A stretch of DNA of 64,000 nucleotides from Macrostomum lignano (GCA_002269645.1 NIVC01003045.1:13703-77702); one strand, 5' to 3'. Numbered from the stretch's first letter, positions 14,343 through 28,126 are shown. Numbers and translations are program-made. The notes: generated from the sequence alone by a model not told the origin.

Positions 14343-14940
14343 TTATTATGTACATACTAAATAAATTATGTGAACGCATAATAGATGCAATATGTGAACA
14401 GGTGAACGCAGAAGCTTGAACTGATGCCTTGGTGGGTTGGTAGAACTTAAAAGAAAAATTCACTCGATGGAACAGTTCATTAAAATGTGAGCATGCAGGT
14501 GAATTTTGGCGCAAAAAATGTAGCCAATCCACTCTGTTTGGCTCTCTAACATAACTTTAAAATCAGGCCATGCTACTCGAACGCAGTCCTTTCCTTCGCC
14601 TGCGATTATAACTTTTCTGCTCTCATGGAATTTTTTTCGGGAATGTTGCTTTTCATCTCAAGCGCTCTGCAATAACGTTAACAGTTTCAAAATTATGCAG
14701 AAACAACAGCAACAGGTGTAAAAGGCGCTCCTGCTGGGAGCTTCTGCAGCTACGGCAATCTTTTGCTGGCTTTGTGTAGCGAAATTGCTGGGAGAGACGG
14801 AGTGGAAGGCGAGAAGGAACCGAGAACCGCAGTCTGCTTTAATTAAGATCTGTAGCAAATCAGTACTCCCTGTGGTTCTCACTCTGTCCTGACACTGGAG
14901 CGGCTGCAAATTATATCCACATTATGCTAATGCTGCCTCC

Positions 14941-15336
<396 letters not shown>

Positions 15337-17375
15337 AAATCATGCAGTAGAGCTGCAATGGAGGACATAACTCAGTTAAGTATTTTTGTAACCAACGGGG
15401 ACTTGTCGATGTTTGCGTCAGAGGCCCTCAGCGAAGCGTCAGTGAAGTGCGCAGCCCGCGAACCCCCCCCTCCACGCTAGCGCTTCAACATCCACTTGGG
15501 TTGCGAAAGCAGAAAAACGCAAGCTCTGCTTCTGGCTCTTCTACAAGCGGAGGGCTTGCTGGTTGTCTCTCTTTTTCTCTCCCTCTTTCTGTTTGCGCCA
15601 TGGCGTCCTATAAAACTTTTACGATCAAACAATAAAACACTCCGCCCTCAACTTCTGCAAATGCTCCGGCTCTCTTCTCTACCCTCGTTCACTCTCTCTT
15701 TCTCTCTGTCTATCTCGCTCCTCTTCATCCGACAAAAGCCTCTCTTCGGTTTGCCCGACTGTTTTGTTTCTTTTCCAACGCGAGAGGGGGCGTCGGCGGT
15801 GCCTTTGACTCGACCTGCCTGCTATCCCCCAACCCCGACTCAGCCCCCTGCTGTTTTATCTGCTTCTGGGAAATGCCCCACCCCACAGACAGACGGGTTT
15901 TTCAACACAGACGCTTTTTCTCTAAGGAAACAAGAATCAAAGATCGGTTTCTCAAGCTGCATTATCAATATGCCAATTGGCTGCAGATATCTGTATATCT
16001 GCAGATCTAGCGCAGCAATCCAGTGAGGATTTACCATAGACATGCGTGATTATCATCAAGACTACCAATACTAATAGGCTGCAGGGCGATGAAACTAGAT
16101 AAAAACGTCGAGACACGTCGAAACGTTGAGTTTTTTGTCTATGGCTGAGAGTGTCTGACCTAAAACCTCACTTGCTGAGAATGTCTTATGGTAAAAACAG
16201 AGAAATCCACACATTTGAATCCACGTGCTGTGTGCTTATGTAAAGACAAAAGACACGAGAGGAGATATGAGAGAGAGAAGACAGAAAAGAAAGGGAGCTG
16301 AGAAGAGACACAAGCCATATTGTCTATGGTAAACCCTCGCTCTGGTGCTATGCTAACTACAGTATAGGTTATGTAAAGCATGTCTCAGTATTGGTATAAT
16401 TAGTTGAATTAGTTGATAAACTATACATTCAATCAATGGAATTCTAGCCATAGACACCCACCAAATGGGTGGCCACACTGTTATGTGACTTCGGCATAAA
16501 TGTCTATGGTTCAATGCCTAGTCTATAACATGGCATGGATACCCGCTGGCATATTGTGTTTTACTCATTTTATTTCTTCCTCCATAACCTATGCAATCAG
16601 ATTTGGCTATCTATACGATATTGTTTTTTTGTTGTCTTTTTGTCTGGTTTCCTTAATGCTGAAAATGCAATGGTTGCGGTTACACTGTACTCTGCAGGCT
16701 GTTGAAGGTCACTCAGACTGTGCAGCCAGCGCCCCCCCCACCCCAGCTTGGCTCACTGATTTCACTTCAAAGGGACGCCGCCGCCCTGTTTGTAGGCAGG
16801 ATTAACAAAGATGCCTTTGGCGCGCTGTTGGGATAGCAGCCGCAGGAGGCATATAAATTCTGCGCTAAAATCTCTGGGTAAAGGGGGTGCGGGGTGTTCA
16901 GGTGCAGGCGCAAACTTCTGCGGCGATATTGCAACTAAACTTACCCCCCCCCTCTATGTAGCGCGGCTATCTGCAATACAGTAATTGTTATTAACGCAAA
17001 TTTTACTTTCCCTGTGCAACTTAACATAAGCTTAAAAAATACACTAAACCTGCGGAATTCAATGGAATGCTTTCAACTAATATTTAGCGACGCAATTTTC
17101 TTGAATTTTTGGAAGCAGTTTGTTAAATCTTAATCTGTAGCCACGCAGGCTTACCTTGGAATTTGAGTATTCGTTTGAAAATAATTACTTTATGCAAGAT
17201 ATTTCAGTGAGTGAGTGAATCGCTGCCCCCTGGAAGAATCGATACAAAAAAGAGCTAGTTGCTACTAGCAGTAACAATGCTTGAAGTTAGAATATAACCG
17301 CTTTCGTATGTCTGCGTTTTAACAAACCTTAGCTCAGGTCAGCTCAGGAGTTTGACGCATGAGGGTAGGCAGACG

Positions 17376-17590
17376 GTACAGGATGGTAAAAATGGTACAG
17401 GATGAATTATAGGTTAGTACAGGATGGTAAAAACGGTACAGGATGAAATATAGGTTAGTACAGGATGGTAAAAACGGTACAGGATGAAATATAGATTAGT
17501 ACAGGATGGTAAAAATGGTACAGGATGAAATATAGGTTAGTACAGGATGGTAAAAACGGTACAGGATGAAATATATATTAGTACAGGGTG
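17376..17590. repeat. 41-bp repeat built from two GTACAGGAT subunits
   Basis: GGTACAGGATGAAATATAGGTTAGTACAGGATGGTAAAAAC x about 5. Confidence 0.9.
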
Positions 17591-17889
17591 AAATATTGAT
17601 TGATAAACGATGGAAAGGACGCTGCAATAAATGGTCAAAGAAATTTTACTTTCGTCGCCCACTTTTATATCTGCATGCCTAATTTGCTACTAGTAGTAAT
17701 ACTTGCAGATTTCTATTACTATGGAATTCGAACCTAGAAATTTCAGGCCGAATGAGGTCCTTGTCTTCTACGATATATAAGTTCAGAGAGCGTTATTTGG
17801 TAGAGTACGACTGAGTAGAGCCCGTAATCAATTGAGGACGAGTGACTTGTACAAGACTGTACGCAGAAAGCCGAGAGAGGACCAGATTT

Positions 17890-18505
17890 GTACAGGATTG
17901 TAGAGACATTAGTACAGGATTGTAGAGACATTAGTACAGGATTGTAGAGACATTAGTACAGGATTGTAGAGACATTAGTACAGGATTGTAGAGACATTAG
18001 TACAGGATTGTAGAGACATTAGTACAGGATTGTAGAGCCATTAGTACAGGATTGTAGAGACATTAGTACAGGATTGTAGAGACATTAGTACAGGATTGTA
18101 GAGACATTAGTACAGGATTGTAGAGACATTAGTACAGGATTGTAGATACATTAGTACAGGATTGTAGAGACATTAGTACAGGATTGTAGAGACATTAGTA
18201 CAGGATTGTAGAGACATTAGTACAGGATTGTAGAGACATAGGTACAGGATTTTAGAGACCTTGGTACAGGATTTTAGAGACATTGGTACAGGATTTTAGA
18301 GACATTGGTACAGGATTTTAGAGACATTGGTACACGATTTTAGAGTCATTGGTAGAGGATTTTAGAGACATTGGTACACGATTTTAGAGACATTGGTACA
18401 GGATTTTAGAGACATTGGTACACAATTGTTGACATTGATACAGGGTTTTAGAGACATTGGTATACAATTGTAGAGACATTGGTACAGGGTTGCAGAGACA
18501 TTGGT
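17890..18505. repeat. 22-bp minisatellite (GTACAGGATTGTAGAGACATTA) abutting miR-993
   Basis: About 28 units, increasingly diverged toward 18500. Confidence 0.96.
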
Positions 18506-18560
18506 ACGGCATTGCAGAGGCATTGGGGAAATATATTGCTGTTGCTGGCCATGGCAGGCA

Positions 18561-18652
18561 GGTATTCCTGTAGATACGAGCTTCTGCTTTTGAGGTGTGA
18601 AAACTGATACAGCCATTTCGAAGTCAGCAAAAGCTTGCATGTACAGGACACC
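18561..18652 (-). ncRNA. mir-993: pre-miRNA hairpin, miR-993 (miR-10 family)
   Basis: Minus-strand 3p arm 18584-18562 GAAGCTCGTATCTACAGGAATAC versus insect miR-993-3p GAAGCTCGTCTCTACAGGTATCT (seed AAGCTCG identical). 5p arm 18650-18629 TGTCCTGTACATGCAAGCTTTT resembles TACCCTGTAGTTCCGGGCTTTT. The arms pair over about 25 bp (GGTGT/ATACC, CCTGTA/TACAGG, AGCTTTTGCT/AGCAGAAGCT) with a loop of about 38 nt. Confidence 0.88.
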
Positions 18653-18786
18653 CGGACTCTGCTGTTTTCGTTCACCTGACTTTAGTTGCTTGACTTTGAG
18701 TTGCTTTCCAGTTCGAATCGCTTTTGCACCGGCCCTCTTTTAGTCTGTCTGTTTCTCTCTCTTCTGGGCAAGTTGCTTTTATGCCA

Positions 18787-18794
18787 CTTTTATA
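18787..18794 (-). promoter_or_regulatory. Candidate TATA box for pri-miR-993
   Basis: TATAAAAG on minus, with a CA initiator-like dinucleotide 29 nt downstream (18766-18765), about 110 nt 5' of the hairpin. Confidence 0.4.
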
Positions 18795-19089
18795 GCAGCC
18801 CCTTCTCCAAGAATATTTTATGGGTTCCTGCAGCCTCTTAAAACTCGACCCAGTGGGGGGTTACAAGCAACTAGCTAAAAACTCTGAAATTTTATTATAA
18901 CAAATCGTGTCCTTCGAGCATCTGATTCTACATGAAGTTTTGCCGCAATTGCAGCAGTGTATGGCGCGCTTTGACTGCTGAACACTATGGGCTGTCACCC
19001 GCGGACACCGAGAGCTAGGAGTCTGGCCAGCAGGCAATGGAGCTCTGGTTTGGCTGGAGGGCATTTTTCCACACATCTTTGGGCTCTGT

Positions 19090-19430
19090 GAAATTTCGGT
19101 TTTGTGAGATTTCGGATTTTGAGATTTCGGATTTTAAAGGTTTCGGATTTGTGAAGCTTTGAGTTTGTGAAATTTCGGTTTTGTGAGATTTCGGATTTGC
19201 GAAGTTTTGGGGTTTGTGAACTTTCGGTTTTGTGAGATTTCGGATTTGTGAGATTTCGGTTTTGTGAGATTTCGGATTTGTGAGTTTTCGGATTTGTGAA
19301 ATTTCGGTTTTGTGAGATTTCGGATCCGTAAGGTTTCGGATTTGTGAAGTTTTGGGTTTGTTAAATTTCGGTTTCGTGAAATTTCAGAGTTTGTGAAATT
19401 TCGGGTTTGTGAAATTTCGGGTTTGTGAAA
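19090..19430. repeat. 16-17-bp degenerate repeat (GTGAGATTTCGG(A/T)TTT)
   Basis: About 20 units visible. Confidence 0.92.
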
Positions 19431-19849
19431 CGACGCCCCAAGGAAAATGTCCTAAAATGTGTTTACTAAAATGTAATTTCCAGAAAAAGGCGTTTACTTA
19501 CTTACCACTCACTACTTGCCGCTGCTCCATGCGATCTCTGTCAAGCCTGTGGACTAATGGTCTGCATCATACTACAGTGCATATGAGGGTTTGTTCATGC
19601 AGCAGCTCGAACGCGACTGACAATAGAAGCATTTGAAACTCTACTAGCTATTCTATACTGTAATTTCAACCAATCAACTCTTAGCTGTAGAAGAGATTGG
19701 GGCCAGCGCGAGTTTATTGCGTTTTTTGGCATCCAGGCTGACCAAACCCACTCTTAAAGCTTGAAGTGAAAGGCAACCCGCCGTGGCTGTGAGTTTCAGT
19801 TTGTCGCTCAAAATATCAACTAGAGCGGTTTGTGTAGCTGAAACTTACT

Positions 19850-20105
19850 ACCAAATGACCAAAACTACTACCCAATGACCAAAACTATACCCAATGACTA
19901 TAACAAAACTACTATTCAATGATTAAAGCTACTACCCAATGACCAAAACTACTAACCAATGACCAAAACCTACTACCCAGCGACTAAAACTACTACCCAA
20001 TGACTAAAACTACTACCAAATTACCAAAACTACTACCAAATGACCAAAACTACTACCCAATGACCAAAACTACTACCAAATTACCAAAACTACTACCAAA
20101 CGAAC
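19850..20105. repeat. 20-bp repeat (CCAAATGACCAAAACTACTA)
   Basis: About 12 variant units. Confidence 0.92.
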
Positions 20106-20435
20106 AAAGCTCATCCCGAAACGGTGAAGCTACCACACAATGACTCAGTAATTATGTAACCCTTCAACAGTTGACCTGTAGTGCACATAACAAGGCATAA
20201 CAAGGCTTGTCAGAAATAAAATTGAGCAAAGTAAAAATATTTGAGCATTGCTGATAAATGTTTGATTCCACACCAGAGGTGAATGAAGATATACTCATGA
20301 AAGTATACTACTGTTTTGTTCTACGGTATACTATTATCATGCTGTAGAGTCAGTAGCAAGTACGGGCCATCCAAGTTCAAATTATATGATTTTTAAATAC
20401 AATATTCGTATTTGAAACATTTAGAATCTCCAACT

Positions 20436-21880
20436 CGTGATCATGTCTGTGTGAATCTAATCGGAGCGGATCATGTCTGTGTGAATCTAATCGGAGCGGA
20501 TCATGTCTATGTGAATCTAATCGGAGCGGATCATGTCTATGTGAATCTAATCGGAGCGGATCATGTCTATGTGAATCTAATCGGAGCGGATCATGTCTAT
20601 GTGAATCTAATCGGAGCGGATCATGTCTGTGTGAATCTAATCGGAGCGGATCATGTCTGTGTGAATCTAATAGGCAGCGGATAATGTCTGTGTGAATCTA
20701 ATCGGAGCGGATCATGTCTGTGTGAATCTAATCGGAGCGGATCATGTCTGTGTGAATCTAATAGGCAGCGGATAATGTCTGTGTGAATCTAATAGGGAGC
20801 GGATCATGTCTGTGTGAATCTAATCGGAGCGGATCATGTCTGTGTGAATCTAATCGGAGCGGATCATGTCTGTGTGAATCTAATAGGGAGCGGATCATGT
20901 CTGTGTGAATCTAATAGGGAGCGGATCATGTATCTGTGAATCTATAGGAGCGAATCATGTCTGTGTGAATCTAATAGGCAGCGGATAATGTCTGTGTGAA
21001 TCTAATAGGGAGCGGATCATGTCTGTGTGAATCTAATAGGGAGCGGATCATGTATGTGTGAATCTAATAGGGAGCGGATCATGTCTGTGTGAATCTAATC
21101 GGAGCGGATCATGTCTGTGTGAATCTAATCGGAGCGGATCATGTCTGTGTGAATCTAATAGGGAGCGGATCATGTCTGTGTGAATCTATAGGGAGCGGAT
21201 CATGTATCTGTGTGAATCTATAGGGAGCGGATCATGTCTGTGTGAATCTAATAGGGAGCGGATCATGTCTGTGTGAATCTAATAGGGAGCGGATCATGTC
21301 TGTGTGAATCTAATAGGGAGCGGATCATGTCTGTGTGAATCTAATAGGGAGCGGATCATGTCTGTGTGAATCTAATAGGAGCGAATCATGTCTGTGTGAA
21401 TCTAATAGGCAGCGGATAATGTCTGTGTGAATCTAATAGGGAGCGGATCATGTCTGTGTGAATCTATAGGGAGCGGATCATGTCTGTGTGAATCTAATAG
21501 GAGCGGATCATGTCTGTGTGAATCTAATAGGGAGCGGATCATGTCTGTGTGAATCTATAGGGAGCGGATCATGTCTGTGTGAATCTAATAGGGAGCGGAT
21601 CATGTCTGTGTGAATCTAATAGGGAGCGGATCATGTCTGTGTGAATCTATAGGGAGCGGATCATGTCTGTGTGAATCTAATAGGGAGCGGATCATGTCTG
21701 TGTGAATCTAATAGGGAGCGGATCATGTCTGTGTGAATCTATAGGGAGCGGATCATGTCTGTGTGAATCTATAGGGAGCGGATCATGTCTACGTGAATCT
21801 ATAGGAGCGGATCATGTCTACGTGAATCTATAGGAGCGGATCATGTCTGTGAATCTATAGGGGCGGATCATGTCTGCGTG
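20436..21880. repeat. 30-32-bp minisatellite (GGAGCGGATCATGTCTGTGTGAATCTAAT(C/AG))
   Basis: About 46 units. Confidence 0.97.
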
Positions 21881-22327
21881 AGTAAATCTCATTGCAGATC
21901 ATGGGCATGCGTGAGCGTAATTCTGCGAGCGTATTGAAGAATTGTTTTAAATTTTGTTAAACTCAAGTAAAAGATTTTACACTCGTACAACATATCTGTT
22001 GGTAATTTCTTTATAGAATCATAAGAAGATAGCCAGATTAGAAGGATCATCAAGCACTTGTTATTCGAATACATGCCGAGTCAGACTCAATCAATTAGTC
22101 ATAAGTACAGCTCGCTGGCGCACAACAGACAGATCGGGCAAAGAAATAGTTTTCCTTTGATGTCTGCCGACGCCAAGGTGCGAGGGGTGTGGGACGGAGT
22201 GCTTATGATGCTCCATATCCATCGATTGCCCTCCAGCAAAAATCGCTTTTTTAGCGTTTGGGTTGGAGTTTTGAATGCTGACTGATGATCCACAGAATGG
22301 AGGAAGCTGGTTTAGTGACTTTTGCAC

Positions 22328-23255
22328 TCGTTTTATGTAGCACATAGCATTTTACACCCGTTTTATGTAACATGTAGCATTTCACACCCGTTTTATGTAA
22401 CATGTAGCATTTCACACCCGTTTTATGTAACATGTAGCATTTCACACACGTTTTATGTAGCATGTAGCATTTTACACCCGTTTTATGTAGCATGTAGCAT
22501 TTCACACCCGTTTTATGTAGCATGTAGCATTTTACACCCGTTTTATGTAACATGTAGCATTTCACACCCGTTTTATGTAACATGTAGCATTTCACACCCG
22601 TTTTATGTAACATGTAGCATTTTACACCCGTTTTATGTAACATGTAGCATTTCACACCCGTTTTATGTAGCATGTAGCATTTCACACCCGTTTTATGTAG
22701 CATGTATCATTTTACACCCGTTTTATGTAACATGTAGCATTTCACACCCGTTTTATGTAGCATGTAGCATTTCACACCCGTTTTATGTAACATGTAGCAT
22801 TTTACACCCGTTTTATGTAACATGTATCATTTTACACCCGTTTTATGTAACATGTAGCATTTCACACCCGTTTTATGTAACATGTAGCATTTCACACCCG
22901 TTTTATGTAACATGTAGCATTTCACACCCGTTTTATGTAGCATGTATCATTTTACACCCGTTTTATGTAGCATGTAGCATTTTACACCCGTTTTATGTAG
23001 CATTTAGCATTTCACACCCGTTTTATGTACATGTAGAATTTTACACCCGTTTTATGTAACATGTAGCATTTTACACCCGTTTTATGTAACATGTAGCATT
23101 TTACACCCGTTTTATGTAGCATGTAGCATTTCACACCCGTTTTATGTAACATGTAGCATTTTACACCCGTTTTATGTAACATGTAGCATTTCACACCCGT
23201 TTTATGTAGCATGTAGCATTTCACACCCGGTTTATGTACATGTAGAATTTTACTC
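22328..23255. repeat. 30-bp minisatellite (TTTTATGTA(A/G)CATGTAGCATTT(C/T)ACACCCG)
   Basis: About 31 units. Confidence 0.97.
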
Positions 23256-23999
23256 CGATGTTGCGTAGTTTTTTAGACAAGGCTTATGCAACTTTTACGC
23301 TCGCTTTGTTAGCTTTTTAAATTTTTACATGATAATGTCGTTCTGTTTTATGTAGGCAAGCATAATTTAAGTCAGTCATTGATGGAGAAAATTTTCCCAG
23401 AAAAAAAACTTGCAAAAGACCATTCCAGGTCCTCAGTTCTCCCTTCCTAAATCCCACTCATTCGTTCGTCCCGTCTCTCTCTGCCATTCTTGATCCTAAT
23501 CTGCTGCTCTCAGATCTCTCCCTCTCTCTCTGTTGTAATTGTCCAAAACAACGTAATCCCATTCGGAATTGGGATTTCCCCACTTTCGCTCAGCAGCATA
23601 GCCAAGGACTCCTAGAACCAGTGTCTGGTGGCCTCTAATTTTAGATTGATTCAATATCAGGAAACATTTCAAACCTTAAACAATTTAAACATTTTTCAGA
23701 CAATAGGAGTCCTCATCCAATACTTGGTCTACGAGATCATTCATTGTCTGCAATTCAGCCTGAAGAGTCAACTATAATCAGTCACCAATCCACTCACACA
23801 CTCGTTAGGAAAGTACGAGTAGCTAAAGTTGATATCGTAAGAGAGTGTAGAAACACAATTGTCTATGGCAAAAACCACAAGCCAGACAGTGCACTCAAAA
23901 GCTGTGCATCTCTCCATTCAGTCATGCTCAAGAGAAATCGGAATTTTCTTTTTTTGTCTATGGCAGACCCCCGCTTGAGAAGAATCAAGTTGCTTTGGG

Positions 24000-25071
24000 C
24001 AGGGGCGTCACCATGGATTTTATGGTGGGGGGGGGGTGACAAAGCCAAGAATTCTATCTGGACATGTACATGACTAAATTCGTACATTTTCATTATTTTA
24101 AGAATTATTTCAGCTCATTTTAGCGCCGCAGGCACTCATTTTAGCGCCGCAGGCACTCATTTTAGCGCCGCAGGCACTCATTTTAGCGCCGCAGGCACTC
24201 ATTTTAGCGCCGCAGGCACTCATTTTAGCGCCGCAGGCACTCATTTTAGCGCCGCAGGCACTCATTTTAGCGCCGCAGGCACTCATTTTAGCGCCGCAGG
24301 CACTCATTTTAGCGCCGCAGGCACTCATTTTAGCACCGCAGGCACTCATTTTGGCGCCGCAGGCACTCATTTTAGCGCCGCAGGCACTCGTTTTAGCGCC
24401 GCAGGCACTCATTTTAGCGCCGCAGGCACTCATTTTGGCGCACTCATTTTAGCACCGCAGGCACTCATTTTAGCACCGCAGGCACTCATTTTAGCGCCGC
24501 AGGCACTCATTTTGGCGCACTCATTTTAGCACCGCAGGCACTCATTTTGGCGCACTCATTTTAGCACCGCAGGCACTCATTTTAGCACCGCAGGCACTCA
24601 TTTTAGCGCCGCAGGCACTCATTTTAGCGCCGCAGGCACTCATTTTGGCGCACTCATTTTAGCACCGCAGGCACTCATTTTAGCGCCGCAGGCACTCATT
24701 TTAGCGCCGCAGGCACTCATTTTAGCGCCTCAGGCACTCATTTTAGCGCCTCAGGCACTCATTTTAGCGCCTCAGGCACTCATTTTAGCGCCTCAGGCAC
24801 TCATTTTAGCGCCTCAGGCACTCATTTTAGCGCCTCAGGCACTCATTTTAGCGCCTCAGGCACTCATTTTAGCGCCTCAGGCACTCATTTTAGCGCCTCA
24901 GGCACTCATTTTGGCGGCGCAGGCGCTATATTTTGTCACCCTGAAGCAAAATTATTGATTTCCATAACGGGTCAAAGTGAGGGTGGGGGGAGCAAAGCAT
25001 GGGCATGTCCCCTCCATAGATTTTACTGGGGGGACATGTCCCCCCTGTCCCCCCTGGTGGAGACACCCCTG
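24000..25071. mobile_element. Non-autonomous TIR element (hAT-like MITE) carrying a 21-bp satellite (24112-24915)
   Basis: Ends CAGGGGCGTCACCA / TGGAGACACCCCTG are imperfect inverted repeats. Flanks GCTTTGGG (23992-23999) and GCTTTCGG (25072-25079) form a 7/8-identical 8-bp TSD. Internal array GGCACTCATTTTAGCGCCGCA x about 38. Confidence 0.75.
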
Positions 25072-25735
25072 GCTTTCGGGAATAAGCTTGCACTCCAAAT
25101 GCTGGCGCTAGCACTCCTTGACTTATCTAGCCGCCATACGGAATGGAACTGAGCGGGGGATGGTCCGACACAGAGGGGACCTACCCCTGGGGGGCTTAAA
25201 AGATTGATGGGTTAATGTTAATAATAACGCCAAATATGGGAATACGATTTTGACCTGTCGTCTTTTGAATTCGAATTCTTATAAAATAGTTGAAGCAGTC
25301 TTGGTTTCGAAACTCAAGTCTCAAGGGTCCTGTCTGTCGGTCGGTTGTGGGGTTTTACTTGAGCGGAGTATGAGAAATATGGTTAATGGGAGTGGCGTGT
25401 GTATATATGTAGGAATCTTCAAGGCGACTGAACACGAGGTGAATCCCTGTGAGACAATTGCTATCGTTTTTAAAAATCAATGGCCCTATTTACCTGACTG
25501 ATCTTCTCCCAAAAATAAGGCTGGAAGGAAATGGCAACGGTTGGCGGAGGCATAGCAACCCAACTTCCGCATGGAGGCGCTGGCCAAGCATTGGAGAGCG
25601 GCGTGTCATTAATTATCATTAGCGATTTTGAAAAATGCGACCCTAAGTCGAACGAGAGTGCGCAGGCCTGCTAGATAACCTGGTATATCTGGTTTTGGAA
25701 TTTTGCTGCCTTCAAAGGATATAGGAGTACTTTTA

Positions 25736-25970
25736 GATCCAACTGAGGAACAGGGATTTAGGTACACTGATCCCACTGAGGAACGGGGATTTAGGTACAC
25801 TGATCCAACTGAGGAACGGGGATTTAGGTACACTGATCCCACTGAGGAACGGGGATTTAGGTACACTGATCCCACTGAGGAACGGGGATTTAGGTACACT
25901 GATCCCACTGAGGAACGGGGATTTAGGTACACTGATCCAACTGAGGAACAGGAATTAAGGTACACTGATC
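25736..25970. repeat. 33-bp repeat (GATCC(A/C)ACTGAGGAACGGGGATTTAGGTACACT) x7
   Basis: Directly visible. Confidence 0.95.
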
Positions 25971-27036
25971 CGGCTGTGAAAGAGGGACAGTAACGGAAGC
26001 ATACAATATGAAATTCGTGGTTAATGCATTAATTAGATAAAAATATAATGTTTGCAGCCAGTTTCTAACAAATATCTTATTAGTCGCTGCATTTTTGTTC
26101 AAATGCATATCATGTAATATGCTCATCATATCATATCATGTACTCGTACTTTGGCATTGGCTACCGTCCAGACAGATTTTTCTGTCTGCTTTCTTGGCTC
26201 GTTAATAATAAAAAGAATAAATGAAAGATAGGTAAGGTAGTGAGAGAGAGATTTGTTCTCAAACGCATATCTGCAGAGGCCAGAAATTTGTGGGTAATAT
26301 TATTCTGCTTACATTGCTATTTAGTGCCATTATAATGTGCTATTCAAGCACTCCAGTCGAGAGAGAGAGAGAGTTAAGTTGCTATACTGACTTTTGCGCC
26401 CTCAAGTGCAGCTCTCCTCAAACCCTCCGGCGGTTCAGGGTCCTCTCGGAGCTTTGATGCTTGCCGCCGGCACTGTTTCCAGACTGCCTGCTAGCTGCCG
26501 TTTCTCTGGCCCGGGGACTTCTGAAAACAGAGGTCCTTGGACGGGCGTAGTTTCCAAATTTCGGGTCTGCTAGTAGTCCATGGCTTAGGCGGCGCCTTCG
26601 TCTGCCTTTCTCTTTCTGCATAGAATGGTGTGGAATCGAGATGGTCGGCCCGGAGTCAAAGGCTCTCCCCCTCTCTCTCTGGGCTCCTGCGCCACCTGCG
26701 GCAGCAGCTAGCAGCAAAAAAAAACTTAGAAAAAATCCAGTCAAAAAAAGAAACCAAACCCCTCTCATTGCGCACTAGAAATGTTATAAGCCATAGCGCC
26801 TACAGTGGGCGGTACACGCAATTGTAGCGGGTTCTCTGCCTGAAACAGAAGCCATAAATTTGCCGCCTGTCTCAGGCTCTGCCACCCCCACCCCCTCCCT
26901 CAGAACCCATTCGGCCGAAACTCTATCTTGGCTATATTGAACAATTAGTTTATGGAGTTAATAATATTCTAACTAAATAAACAGGTATATAGCTGCTAGC
27001 TATTCTGACCGTACTAAATGTCTGCCATGACCTAGT

Positions 27037-27795
27037 GTCAGAGTGAGATGCTGGCGCCACAACCACATTAGTGTCAGCTGCTGGCGCCACAACCACCATA
27101 TTGTCAGCAGCTGGCGCCACAATCACATTGTGTCAGCAGCTGGCGCCACAATCACATTGTGTCAGCAGCTGGCGCCACAATCACATTAGTGTCAGCTGCT
27201 GGCGTCACAACCACCCTAGTGTCAGCTGCTGGCGCCACAACCATCTTAGTACCAGCTGCTGGCGTCACAACCATTCTAGTGTCAGCTGCTGGCGCCACAA
27301 CCATCTTAGTACCAGCTGCTGGCGCCACAACCACCATATTGTCAGCTGCTGGCGCCACAACCACCATATTGTCAGCAGCTGGCGCCACAATCACATTGTG
27401 TCAGCAGCTGACGTCACAACCACCATATTGTCAGCAGCTGGCGCCACAATCACATTAGTGTCAGCTGCTGGCGCCACAACCACCCTAGTGTCAGCTGCTG
27501 GCGCCACAATCACATTAGTGTCAGCTGCTGGCGCCACAACCACCCTAGTGTCAGCTGCTGGCGCCACAACGATCTTAGTATCAGCTGCTGGCGCCACAAT
27601 CACATTAGTGTCAGCAGCTGACGTCACAACCACCATATTGTCAGCAGCTGGCGCCACAATCACATTAGTGTCAGCTGCTGGCGCCACAACCACCCTAGTG
27701 TCAGCTGCTGGCGCCACAATCACATTAGTGTCAGCTGCTGGCGCCAAAACCACCCTAGTGTCAGCTGCTGGCGCCACAACCACCCTAGTGTCAGC
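27037..27795. repeat. 30/33-bp minisatellite (GTCAGC(T/A)GCTGGCGCCACAA...) just upstream of Hox3
   Basis: About 24 variant units. Confidence 0.95.
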
Positions 27796-28075
27796 TGTTG
27801 TCACGGCGGCCGTAATAGTCAGGGCACTCCTAGTTTCAGGTAGAGTAGATCGAAACTGTCCAATTGATAATGAGTTTACTATCAATAATTGGGAAAAACT
27901 CCAATTCGGAATGATTATTCCCCAGCCCCCTCCCCCCGGTACACCTCGCCGCCTCATCTCTTCGCCTATTCGCCAGCGTTTAGGCGAGAGAATCCAGGAG
28001 GAGGAGAGCCGCCCCCCTCCCCAGGCCCGGCCGCCCCGGACCAACCGGCCGTTTTCAAGCCGGGTCGCGTGCGAA

Positions 28076-28080
<5 letters not shown>

Positions 28081-28126
<46 letters not shown>

